A stretch of 61,399 nucleotides of DNA, the filler included, from Sphacelaria rigidula (Eukaryota), in assembly GCA_964200075.2 (NCBI GenBank). It is 9 parts of 9 records of this genome, joined end to end, with 100 filler letters (N's around TTAATTAATTAA, not from the genome) between each part and the next. Parts side by side here need not be neighbours in the genome. Positions count along the whole stretch, not along the records: positions 6,835 to 13,568 come from CAXNAA020018355.1; positions 13,669 to 20,402 come from CAXNAA020018356.1; positions 20,503 to 27,235 come from CAXNAA020018357.1; 6 more parts are not named here. One strand, 5' to 3'. Below, piece after piece: positions 11,837-22,580 of this stretch (position 1 is the stretch's first letter; every line of letters starts with the position of its first letter). The translations under genes were made by a program, and so were the position numbers. The notes beneath the pieces were generated by a model. It was not told where the DNA came from and did not search any database. It saw only the letters and a list, made by a program, of their open reading frames with translations.

Positions 11837-12123
11837 GAAATCTTCACAAAACACTGACTCAGTGCCTCAGTGGTTTTTGTGACGCCCTCATTAAAGCTTG
11901 TCCAGGGGGTCGATCCTCCCCATGACGGTTTTTGGTCGATTTCTCCACGATAGAGAAATACAGAAGGGCACACCGCGGGGACCCGGTGCAAGCGCGCTAG
12001 GCCGGAATAAGCACGACCAACACTGCATTGTCTCAGCACTGGTCATAGTGGCGAAAACTCTGGGACGAAATGAGAGTTCGATCTATAGACCTAGTGAGTT
12101 GGACAGACACCAGGATTGACTCA

Positions 12124-12203
12124 TGTGAAGATGTCACAGTAACCACTGGGCCACTCAGCCAGCGCTCACAGAGTAGTTCGGTGGTTAATGTGACATCTTG
12201 ACA
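12124..12203. mobile_element. 80-bp palindromic mini-element centred on AGCGCT
   Basis: TGTGAAGATGTCACagtaaccactg...cggtggttaatGTGACATCTTGACA, with its exact centre at AGC|GCT (12161-12166). Flanks ctca/ccca. Confidence 0.75.
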
Positions 12204-13689
12204 CCCAGAGACACCCGTGGTGTTGTCAACCTCGTTCTATTGCCAAAACTTTGATGTAAGTACGCCTTGGCCATGAATGCACCGCGTGATTGACGTTGCA
12301 TAGTATTTTGACTCGGCTGAAGTAATTAATGCAACACGCGGCATTTACCATCAGTACACGACTGTGCTGGCTGACGGTGAGGAATGAATGCAGAAACACC
12401 TTGCACCCCGTATCCTTTCGGCGCTGCTTGTTATGGGTGCGAAAAAAATCCCTGACACAACGCCTGGTTTCGCGATCCAGCTGATGTTCGCCGGAACACG
12501 CCGCTCGGCGGATAGTGCCACCTCGGAAAGACGGCTGTACTCCCCGAGAGGATTCTAGCGCACTTTGCCGTTGTTCCGTCCACCCAGTTCGACATTTAGC
12601 CTGACTAGCAATGACGCATACAACCTCGGTACAACCCACGAAACAAGTCCGAGTGATCCATGAAACACACCTACATCTTGGGAAACACGATATTTTCGGG
12701 GCTGTTCGAGAAATCGCTCGTCCGCTCAAAATCGTATGGAAGATATAGCGAAGATAGCAACGGTGCGCGAGAATCCGCTCTGAGAATACAGTAAAATCTC
12801 TCCGAGGTGGCACAACATGCTAATACGCGTGTTTCGGCGAAACTCGGTGCTGAATCGTCAAACCAGACATTTCGGGGGAGTACTCTGGTAGCCCAAGCGC
12901 CCTGAGACGCGAAGACATATGCGTGATCTCTTTTACTCGAGGAATGACGGGTGTTACCGCGATCGCTAGGCCCCTCCAAACCAGCCCCATAACATGCACG
13001 AAGAAAATGGTCATACAGCGCATGATAGCTAGTTTCAGACTGACTGCATGAAGTGCCTCTTATGGACGATAGTGGCAAAAACGATCCCAAGTGTGGGAGT
13101 TCCCGGCTGCTTTTGTCATTTTCTAATGCGCATGTAGATTTGCCTCCTCAGACCAGCCATTTTGCTAGGGGGGGCTATCGCAGCATTACTCCAACACTGC
13201 TATCTATATGTGCACTGATTACATGCAAATACATACATGTCGCCAGTGAATCATTGCTTTGCGTTCGTGCTACTAACAACAAGACCGTGGCAGAAGGACT
13301 AATGTCGCGATAGGCGCCACCAGGAAAGTGGCTGATTTGGGGGAGGCAAATCTACATTTGAAAAAAAAACGAGAAAAAGCCGAGTCCACCGAGCAGTTGG
13401 AAACGCCCACGCTTGGGATCGTTTTTGCAAATGCCATCCCCATGAGGCGCTTACTCATGAGGCAGTGTATATGACGTGGCTGTCTCAGCAAGTGGCGATA
13501 CCAGACAATAAAGCAACTCATCGTAGGCTGTCATCCAAATGTAAGATAATCGGTAGGCTTTGGGCCGANNNNNNNNNNNNNNNNNNNNNNNNNNNNNNNN
13601 NNNNNNNNNNNNTTAATTAATTAANNNNNNNNNNNNNNNNNNNNNNNNNNNNNNNNNNNNNNNNNNNNCCCCCCCCCCTATCGTAGGAT

Positions 13690-14276
13690 GACTCCCCCCT
13701 TACTGAGCTACTCAAGAAAGGAGCCGTGTTTTCTTTCACCACAGAAATGGAGACTATCACCCGCGAATTACTCAAGACGCTTACCGAAAAGCCCGTACTT
13801 TGCTTTTCTTATTGAGAGGCAGTACAAGATGGCTCCCGCCTTTTCCAACTCCATACTGACGCCAGCACAAATGCTTTTGGAGGAGTTTTGAATCAACGTC
13901 AGGTTGATGGCTCTGTCCGACCCATCCTTTATATCAGCCGCGCTACCCTGCCCAACGAGGCCAATTGGAGCCCGCTAGAACTGGAAGGCGAAGTAAACAC
14001 TTGGGCCATTAAGCGCCTTCGACAATATCTGTTTCACGTGCCCTTCGAGATCTATACGGATCACGGAGCACTTGAACAACTCGCCAAGGTTGGTGAACAC
14101 AACCCTCGTGTATAACGATGGTTGGAATTTCTAACAGCATACCAGTATACCAATAAGCACCGTGCAGACAAAACCAACGGGAACGCGGATCTTCTTTCCC
14201 GCCTGCCTCTGCCGCCTACGGCCGCAGATTCCAGCCCGGCTTGCCGTTTAACGGAACCCGATGAACCCGGAATTTA
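13690..14276 (+). pseudogene. pol: Ty3/Gypsy pol, RT connection and RNase H region (frameshifted, with stops)
   Basis: FQLHTDASTNAFGGVLNQ...RPILYISR...NWSPLELE...WAIKRLRQYL...FEIYTDHGAL...RWLEFL...NGNADLLSRLP. Confidence 0.92.
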
Positions 14277-14343
14277 GGCGATCAGACGTTTTTCAACGCC
14301 CGTTTACGCCCTCGACCTCCAGTGCCCGGGAACCGATAAGCAT

Positions 14344-17062
14344 ATGGGAGGACCTCGCCCTCTACCATATGACGCCGTCTTGGGTGGGTTAAAGCCCACT
14401 ACCTCCGATTTTGTCGACTTTCGCACTTTCGGTGCTCGCGCGAAACTCTTCGCGGCGACACCTCCAGTCACTCACCTTATCTCCGACAACACGCGCTCCC
14501 GGTCTGCCGCCCGCACCACACCGAGTGCCCCGCCGCCACCAACAACACCTTTAACCTCTATCAGCCACCCAGCACAAGTTCCACGGACCAACACGCAAAG
14601 CTCCGCAAATCCTTCGGCACCGTGCGCCACGCGCCGCGAAACATCCTCGCCGCGCACTGATACAACCCCGCCGCCTATAATGGCGCCGCAAACATCTCCT
14701 GCCCCCGAGCACGGATCTGACGACTCGTCTCCAGCTCCCGGAACAGAAATTGATGTCGGCATTTCTGCCCCGTCGCCTAGTCCCCCGCCACCTGCCCTAC
14801 CATGTTTGGTCGGCTCGCCAGCAGAAGGTCAGCTAAGCGAGTTTCTCGCCAGCTACTCTCACCGCGATTGGGCTCGTGAACAACACGTAGAACAGCTATT
14901 TCGCGCAGCCATCCGGTACTTACAACTTGACTGTGCAGTCCCTTTTCCGTCCACACTTCTGGCCCCGGTTGGAACACTGCCACCACCAGTTATTTCTGAC
15001 GTATACGAGCTCGTGCGTAAAGGCACCCTTTATACTACGGATGAAGGCGTGCAACTACTCATCCGTCGGCCCACGCCCTTGACAGGCGCAATTGCCGCCC
15101 CAACTACGGGACGCACCGCACGACCACTCAATGACGAACCAGCGCGCATATATGTGCCATTATTAATGCGCCCCTGGGTCATGAAAGGCTGCCACACAGA
15201 CTTGTCATGCCACCTTGACGTCACCAGCATCCTCGCGCTCTTGGAACGCTTCTACTGGTGGGTTGGCATGGAAATCTCAACCCGCTTCTGGATTCGGCGA
15301 TGCTTCAAAATGCCAAGCCCGAAAAACCTCACGACAGACAGTAGTACGCTGGCCCGTGATCTCTATAGGACTCCTCGACGAGCCCGGTCACCTTGTATCC
15401 TTTGATCACTTCTGCCCTCTCCCGACCACAGGTCGCGGCAACACCTGTCGCTTACTCTTCACTGACCGCTTTAGCCGCCACGCGTCCATGTACGCGGTAA
15501 CCGCCGCAGATTTCACTGCCGCCGGAACGGCCGACATACTGGTCCATGATTACATTAAGCACTACGGCTGCCCGAAGCGACTACTTTCAGGCAATGGTCA
15601 GCAATTTTGTTCAGACCTCTCGGATGACCTTTACAAGCTCCTAGGCATCCGAAAAATTGCCACGAGCGCCCACCACCCGCACGGCAACGGCGGGACCGAA
15701 AGAGTTAATCACACCATGGCCCAGATGTTCTCTATGGTTGTCAATGACCGCCAAAATGACTGGGACCTACATCTCTCGCACATCATGTTGTCCTACAACA
15801 ACTCGGTTAATGCCGCCACAGGCCTTTCTCCGAACGAACTTCATCTTAGACGCTACCCTCGGTTGCCTATCACCGTGTTCGAGCGATACACGTTCGACGG
15901 TCACCAAGGATTGGATCAGGATCAGATATCCTACAACGAACTCGCACATGCACAACATCGCAAAGCGTTCACCTTCGTGCGCGAACAACACGCTATCAAT
16001 GCCTCGCTCCTGGAGAGATCTGACACTGCTCTCTACACCTTCATGCACAAACGCCCTACCTGGAAAGTTGGTGGTTGGGTTTGGATCTACAACAGCTTGT
16101 CGACCATCCGCCAAGGCACCAGCAAGGCAGCCAACGAAACAATGTTGAAAACAAAATTGTCCCTCAATTGGACAGGACCATTCAAGATCCTGACAGTCGG
16201 ACCTTCGTCATCATCACCGGATGAAAACCCCGTTGATGACAAACTGCTCTATCTCGACTTACCTCACGACTTCCAGGACAAAGACACCAAGCCCCACGTC
16301 TCCGTGAACAGATGCAAACCCTGCACGAACCCGCATGATACAAGCGACATGCCCAAGTACCTGCCGGCCGGACTCACACAGTATGTTCTCAACAGCTACT
16401 CGACCAAGTCCCCGCCCTACCACGTTACAACCGACGACGTGACGGAACAGCCCCTTCGGTTGGCTGTGTCCTCCATTTCCGGCCACCAGATAGCCCGTGG
16501 CCGAGCAGGCAAGATCGCTGTCATGTATAAGACACACTGGCATGGTCTTCGGAGAGCGTCTTGGGGACGCGAATCCGACCTTCAATTGCACCGTCGTGCA
16601 ATCCTCCTTCACTGGACGCAATTCAAACATCAGCATCTTACTCACAACAACAAGTATCGCAACATGCGCCGTGGCACAGCAGCCCGCGAACTTCCCCGCA
16701 ACCAGGGACTACGCTTTGTCGCCGATGATTACGAACTTGTATCCTCCAAGACTTGTAAGACGAAGTTCTTTGCGAACCAGCGACTCCTGCCCAAGGGCAG
16801 CTACCTTTGGTTCAAAGGCAGCGACAACCTCTGGTGGTTGGGTCAGACCCACTCCGCTAACTTGGTTTCGGCCGACACTTACATCGTGCGCTTCATCGAT
16901 GACCCTGGACCCGTACAGCTCAAGCTTCGGCCAACGCTATACAGCATCAGCTCATCTGCACCACGCGGATCCTGGTGTCTCCAGCGCCTCAAGTCCAAAG
17001 GACTTCGCCGCGGTCTCCAGCGCAACATCGATCACACCCACGACGCCCATGCCCCGCTTTGA
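14344..17062 (+). pseudogene. pol: Ty3/Gypsy integrase with a chromodomain-like C-terminus (frameshift near 15310)
   Basis: A Pro-rich linker, then the HHCC zinc finger (GCHTDLSCHL...RFYWWVGM...CFK/CQARK). The core is SFDH...LLSGNG...GTERVN, with the second catalytic D replaced by G. Then WTGPF and a chromo-like ISGHQ...YKTHWHG...SW..ESDL. Confidence 0.93.
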
Positions 17063-17318
17063 ACCACCCTCCTTTGTCGCGACTGTTGCCCCACCCCCCT
17101 TTTTTTCCCCTAAGCATTGTGTGCCCCCCCTTCCCCACCAGGATTCTCTTCTACTACACCACAACAGCGAGACCTACATCGGACGACGATCAAGAACTAC
17201 TGACACGACCGCTACCTACGACTTCTGGAGCCATAGTATCCCCTTCATCTGGCGCTCGATCTCGTTGGATCACATATTTTCAGATTTTCGATCTTGCAGT
17301 TCTTAGCGCCATTGGAAT

Positions 17319-17475
17319 CCCCCAGGTTGAAGCTCTGCTCCCTGTTGTACCTTTGGGTTTCCCCCAGGTTGAAGCTCTGCTCCCTGTTGTACCTTTGGGT
17401 TTCCCCCAGGTTGAAGCTCTGCTCTCTGTTGTTCCTTTGGATTTCCCCACGTTGAAGCTCTGCTCCCTCTTGTAC
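17319..17475. repeat. 42-bp tandem repeat (about 3.7 copies) in the retrotransposon 3' region
   Basis: cccccaggttgaagctctgctccctgttgtacctttgggttt starts at about 17319, 17361, 17403 and 17445. Confidence 0.9.
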
Positions 17476-18522
17476 CTCCCTGTTTTCCCCCTCAACTTTT
17501 GCTAGGACGCCGAAGCAATTTGTGCTTCTTCGTTGATCGCTAGCACGCCGAAGCAGTTTGTGCTTCCGCGTTTCGGAGCAGGTTTTTCTGCTCCTCGAAG
17601 CAGTCTATGCTTTCCTTCTTTTGAGGTATGGGAGTGGGTACAGGATTGTTGGTACGGGAGTGTTTCTTTAGGTATGCTTTATTAGCCGCTCATGACTTGA
17701 CGAGTAAAGCAAAACCTTAGTTTTCGCTGTTTTGAGGATGAATCCTCGCAGCTGTAATAGAGGTTCGTCTGGGTGGGGTAGTGTCATGAAGATGCATACT
17801 AGCCTGTGGTCATGCCGCTTCAGACCCGTTGTCGAAGTCTGGCTTTCGGTAATATTGGGAATCCCGGTAGACAAGACTACAGGTCTGTTCAGAGTTGGTC
17901 GGATACGAATGTGAACCTGTATAATTACAGGGATGGCTTTGTCTTTGATCGTGCTACACGATCAAAGCCGCCCCCATCAACCACTATCAACTGCTCCTCT
18001 ATTGCCCTCCAGCAAAAAAAGCCTAACTATCGGTGAGACGCACTGGGTTGAATTGGACTGATCGAGTGGGTACTGGAGTTAGAATCAAGATAATCAAGAG
18101 GAGTAAAGAACCTATTCGCGTGAACCTCGTCTGATATTGGGATGCTGAGCAGATCACACGGTATCTACAAGTTGTAGCAGCCTGACGGTTGTACACTTGT
18201 CTGCCAAGCTTGTGCCTTGGGTTGCAAGCTGTGTCCTTGCATTATACTGCCGCTTACTCTTTATTACAAGATCCTATCAGATCGACGAAATCCCCCCAAA
18301 TTGTTCCTTCACTTAGAACCCCAACACTTCGGTTATCGAGATCCAAATTTGTATGGCGTGTTGTACTTATTGTCAAAAGCTACCAGCAAGGGAAAAAATG
18401 GAACATAGTTCGAAGATCTAGTGTTAATACGAAGATTTCAATTCTCCGGAATCTTCATCCTCAATAAAAAATCCATCCCCAATTTGTTAAATCCCGTGTT
18501 ATTTCAGCTGAGCATACGCATT

Positions 18523-19500
18523 TCATACTCGACAAAAAAAACACGTTTGTGGGGTAATAACTCGTAAATACCGATGTCGCAATCTACGTTCGGTCTCCAT
18601 GCACAAGCGTAAGACGCTCGAGTTCGCGGCGAGATAGCTCTTCCCAGTCTGCAGAACCGCATCGTACTCGCCAGAAGCGACCACCGTAATCATGTTCCTG
18701 GCCATTTTGCTTCACACCACCAAAGTCTTGCCAGAAGGTAACACCTCTATGGGGATAAGCTTCACGGTATCGCTACGTGACAGGGGGGTAGGGGACCTTT
18801 CGAGTATAATTGAGAGTCAGAGTTCAATGTAGGGTGACACAAATGCCAGCGTGCGTAGAATGCATCGAGTTCCGAACGGAGAAAACTGTCTCGGAGTGTA
18901 CCCGCGGGCAACCGACCTTAGACTTTCCCCTTTGGAGTCCTCCCTCTATATATTCTTATTCCGTAGGGCCTGACGCCGAGTAGATTTCTCGGCGATCCAC
19001 CAATGTAACGAATTTAGGGGTCAGAAGAGGTGTGGACGTCCCTTTGTAGTTTGCCCCCCACATGCGGTGAGCGAGCTCGTCGACGATGGGGGGTCTTAAA
19101 TGGGGTGGGTGGATATGGGAAGGCTTCACTTCTGACATGCTACCCTGAGGGTGCGAAGTTTACGGGCACGCGCGAGTACGTTTAGTCTGAGACCCGTAAT
19201 CAATGATTCCTTCACTTTCCACGGGCCCGTGTATACCTTTCGTTCTGCAGTTTCCCCCCCTTACCGTCGCGGGGCAGCGTACTATCTGCCTCGCGTAGCA
19301 TCACTAGATTTCCCTTTGTAACCGACACCCCGCCGTGGAAGGCGTCGCGATGGAGGCGTTCACTGTCGCTCGAGCTGACTCTTTCGCGGCCTGTCGCCTT
19401 GCCAGCGCTAGATGTACCTCCCGGAGAATCTCTTCGCGTTTTTCGACGAAAGCATCGAGTCCTCTGCTCGATTTTGTCTCACGTAAATACCACTCGTGTG
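18523..19500 (-). pseudogene. Second Gypsy-type integrase C-terminal fragment, opposite strand, decayed
   Basis: Frameshifted minus-strand translation: EKREEILREVHLALARRQ...KGNLVMLREADSTL...KLQNER/YTGPWKV...SEVKPSHIHPPHLR...TLVDRR...DSFLRSELDAFYARW (GPY/F-type module). Confidence 0.7.
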
Positions 19501-19504
19501 ATCA

Positions 19505-20118
19505 TGTCAGGGAGTGTCAACGAAAAGCTGGACACTATAGCCAAATGACATCAAGCCGTAAGTTTCAGTATAATCGCAGGCATGATTGGAGCAGTGGCAG
19601 GGGACACGGGATCCTGGATTGATGACTCTCGTCTGTGTCGCCCCTTCCTGTCTGGCTCGTGATGTGGTCTGTTGATGATCACTCCGTAGTAATAGCAAGT
19701 GAGAAAAAAGGACTTGTCGAGCACGAGGCCAGTTCTACTGGAGGAGTCCTGCGTTAATAGTCCTCTTGTCTAGATCATCTGGCAGAGGCTAAAATATCTA
19801 GATATCCTTTTCGGCACTCTGTTGGAGGAGTTTGGCTGGGGACAGGGGCCGCAGCTGGAAGCCAGCTTGGCCTGCAGTCGGGAAGATCAACTTGAAGCCA
19901 ACTTGAAGCGCACAGCAGTGAAGGACGCTCCGTGGGCTGGAGGACGCACAGGTCAGGCAAGAGTCTCTCCGTTAAGTGGTGAATCCTAGACATGACTCAA
20001 GCCCCGCAGCGCCGCTGGTGTTAGGTGAGCCTCTAGAACCGCCAAAGTGTGGCGACGTGTGGACTGAGGAGGCCTCAAGCACATTTTGGGCCAAATATCT
20101 CGACTATTTAGAGAGGTT
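19505..20118 (+). mobile_element. Possible 5' LTR (TG 19505...CA 19777), PBS-like TGG and gag start
   Basis: Begins where the minus-strand integrase breaks off. TG...CA is followed 2 nt later by TGGCAGAGG, then a short gag-like peptide (LEPPKC...FWAKYLDYLER). There is no second LTR to confirm it. Confidence 0.3.
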
Positions 20119-20206
20119 TGTGACGATGTATAGGCAACCGATTAGACTACCGTACAGTCAGCGCTGACTCTACGGTAGTTTAATCAGTTGCCTATACATC
20201 GTCACG
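20119..20206. mobile_element. 88-bp palindromic mini-element centred on AGCGCT
   Basis: tgtgacgatgtataggcaac...gtcagc|gctgac...gttgcctatacatcgtcacg, with few mismatches between the arms. Confidence 0.85.
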
Positions 20207-20656
20207 AAAGTTAGCCGTGGGGGTTCGATCCCCGTCACTTTCACTCCGAGGAATGCGACTCCCCTTGCCAGCGCTGTAAGTGTTTGCGCTCACGGTAGCG
20301 GTCTAATGTTGCCACACGTATCCATTCGGAGTTACTCGTCTCCCCCACTCATTTCCAGAGTGTGTGCACTGGGGTCCCTAGCAGTCGACTCGGGGATTGG
20401 ACNNNNNNNNNNNNNNNNNNNNNNNNNNNNNNNNNNNNNNNNNNNNTTAATTAATTAANNNNNNNNNNNNNNNNNNNNNNNNNNNNNNNNNNNNNNNNNN
20501 NNTTCAGCTCAAGTCTCTTCGAATTGGGCTGTGCGTTTAACATTTTCCGTGACGGTGCTGCACCCCTATAAATCAGGTGATGGGAGACTCCAATTATGAA
20601 GGTCATGAGTTCGAATCCCGACAGACTCTCTTTTTTTTTTCGTCCTTAGAAACCTA

Positions 20657-20746
20657 ACTGACGATTTTTGTTCTTATGAATCGGCATCATTTTGACTTGA
20701 AAATGACTGAAGATGATGCCGATTCACAAAAACAAAAATCGTCAGT
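20657..20746. repeat. Small foldback
   Basis: actgacgatttttgtt / aacaaaaatcgtcagt, enclosing gaatcggcatcat / atgatgccgattc. Confidence 0.7.
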
Positions 20747-21190
20747 GGGGTCCCTGAGGGTTAAGATTATACATTATGCAGTATATTTTTTTTCATTTTT
20801 TTTTTCATTCAGCGGCGGTGCTGTGTGTCACCAGGTTGGTCTACACTCCACAGTGATATGCTTACATCGGGTTTATTCGAGAAACTGGGGAAGCTGTGGT
20901 GTGAACAAGTTTTAGCAGCTTCTAAGCTGGCCCAGCTCGTACACATCACAGGTTTTGTTCGCTTGACGAGAAATCCGTCGAGCATAGGGCAAGAACGACC
21001 GCGTTCGTGTCATCCTACAGTCGAAAACATGCCGTTTGGACCGGCTGTGTGGGGGTGTCATCGGCACGTGTTTGTCATGAATTTGTCGTTTCTTATTCAA
21101 CTTTGATTAGGCTTGGCCGGAAGCAGTAAAGTTCACCCCAATCCGTGCAATAATAAAATTCCATGAATATACTGAGGCCTTGTCTTAGGG

Positions 21191-21375
21191 CGTGTCTTCG
21201 CACATTAGGCTTCGATCGAAAAAGTGCGGAGGAAAACAAAAAAATCCAGATCTGATCGGTCGTAATTTCAACCATCGTCGTTAGTTTTGAAGATGGTTGA
21301 AATCATGACCTATCATATCGGGATTTTTGTATTCCACCGCACTTTTTCGATCGAAAAATGATGTGCTAAGACACG
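21191..21375. mobile_element. Foldback MITE with about 85-bp arms
   Basis: cgtgtcttcgcacat...ttcgatcgaaaaagtgcgg...atttcaaccatc is inverted as gatggttgaaat...ccgcactttttcgatcgaa...atgtgctaagacacg. Confidence 0.75.
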
Positions 21376-22388
21376 ATCTTGGGTCATAGAATTGGCACGA
21401 GCGAAAGTCGCCCATTTTTGTCGAGTTGGGTCCAAGCGAAGCTTTCGATCGAAAAAAGACCGTGAAATTCGTGAAACGGAAGTTGTCCTTGTGTACAGTA
21501 CAGGCAGTTTGTACTGTACTGTCTACACTACTGTTTGCATGCAGTGTGTGTGTGTGTGCGTGTGCGTGTTTCGTACAGTAGGATGCGAAAGAAAAGGAGG
21601 CAACGTGCGGTACAGACAGCGCGGGACTATCTGTTCTACCTGCTTATAATGCGACGTGAAAAGGACTTGTACAGCGTCCAGCTTTGTACTGCCTGCACTG
21701 TCCATGAGCGTGTACGCAACTCGGTTGCCCACTACCCTGCAATTCCGTCGCTGATCCCTACCGTGAAAGAAGATACCCAAGGTTTCGCCAACAGGAAATA
21801 AACAAAGCATACCCAACGACTGCAGAACGTCCATGCATGCCAACACCGGCGCCAACGCTTGAGACTTACTTGGTTTCAGTATACCAACGCTCCCGCAGCA
21901 ATATTAAAAAATGTTGGCCGTTGAGGGATTACCGAGTTACACAATACTCACTCAGTACCCATTGGTATGTATGCGATAGACCCGTTTGGGGTTGAAAACC
22001 GAGTCCCACGAGTAGTTTTTAGTTTTTCCGCGCCACCCGCTTGCTTTTCATCGCGCACCAGCGGAACAACGTGTGAGCGGTGAAAAAAAACTGATTGGTC
22101 CTACCTCTGCTGCGGGAACACTTTGTTGGTATCACCCGGGATTTCACCCACGGCGCCGCTCCACCGCCCGTTATCCCCGCTGCCGGCAGTAACACTTTGC
22201 TCGGTACTGTTGTGACTGGTTACTGTAGATTGGATCTCACTTGGCCAGGGAGTTCACGGTCTGCCTTCCATCGGGGTTGGCACTAGAGTTTGGGCTAGGG
22301 TTAGGGTTAGGTAGTTCGACAAAATCAACCATATAGATTTTCGACCAAATCTAAAGGTCGCCTCCTGAAACAACCATTCAACGGATTA

Positions 22389-22580
22389 AAAAACACAAAA
22401 ATATGTGACCGCGGAGTCGGAAAAGCCAAGACTCAACCTTTGCGCTACTCGGCGTGCTCGGCGTCCGGCGCTATTGGGAGCAAACATGGAGAAGGGGGGT
22501 CAAATAATCCGGATCATGATCTGGATCAGTATACTGACGGGAAGTATTTTTCAGATGGATCATGACCTGTCCGACGTGTG
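22389..22580 (+). mobile_element. Second, left-truncated copy of MITE B
   Basis: aaaacacaaaaatatgtgaccgcggagtcgg...gatcagtatactga...tgtccgacgtgtg aligns with 11636-11836. Confidence 0.85.

Noticed and set aside
12226..13090. Overlapping 139-195-aa minus-strand ORFs
   Set aside because: No motif, codon signal or splice support.
17319..17475. CRISPR-like periodicity (also 11169-11535)
   Set aside because: Head-to-tail units with no unique spacers, no cas genes, and a eukaryotic context.
20221..20233. GGTTCGATCCC B-box/T-loop motif
   Set aside because: Isolated motif with no A-box or tRNA structure.
20575..20640. tRNA-like arm (gagttcgaatccc) followed by a T run
   Set aside because: No complete cloverleaf or acceptor stem could be built. 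At most a decayed tRNA-derived SINE head.
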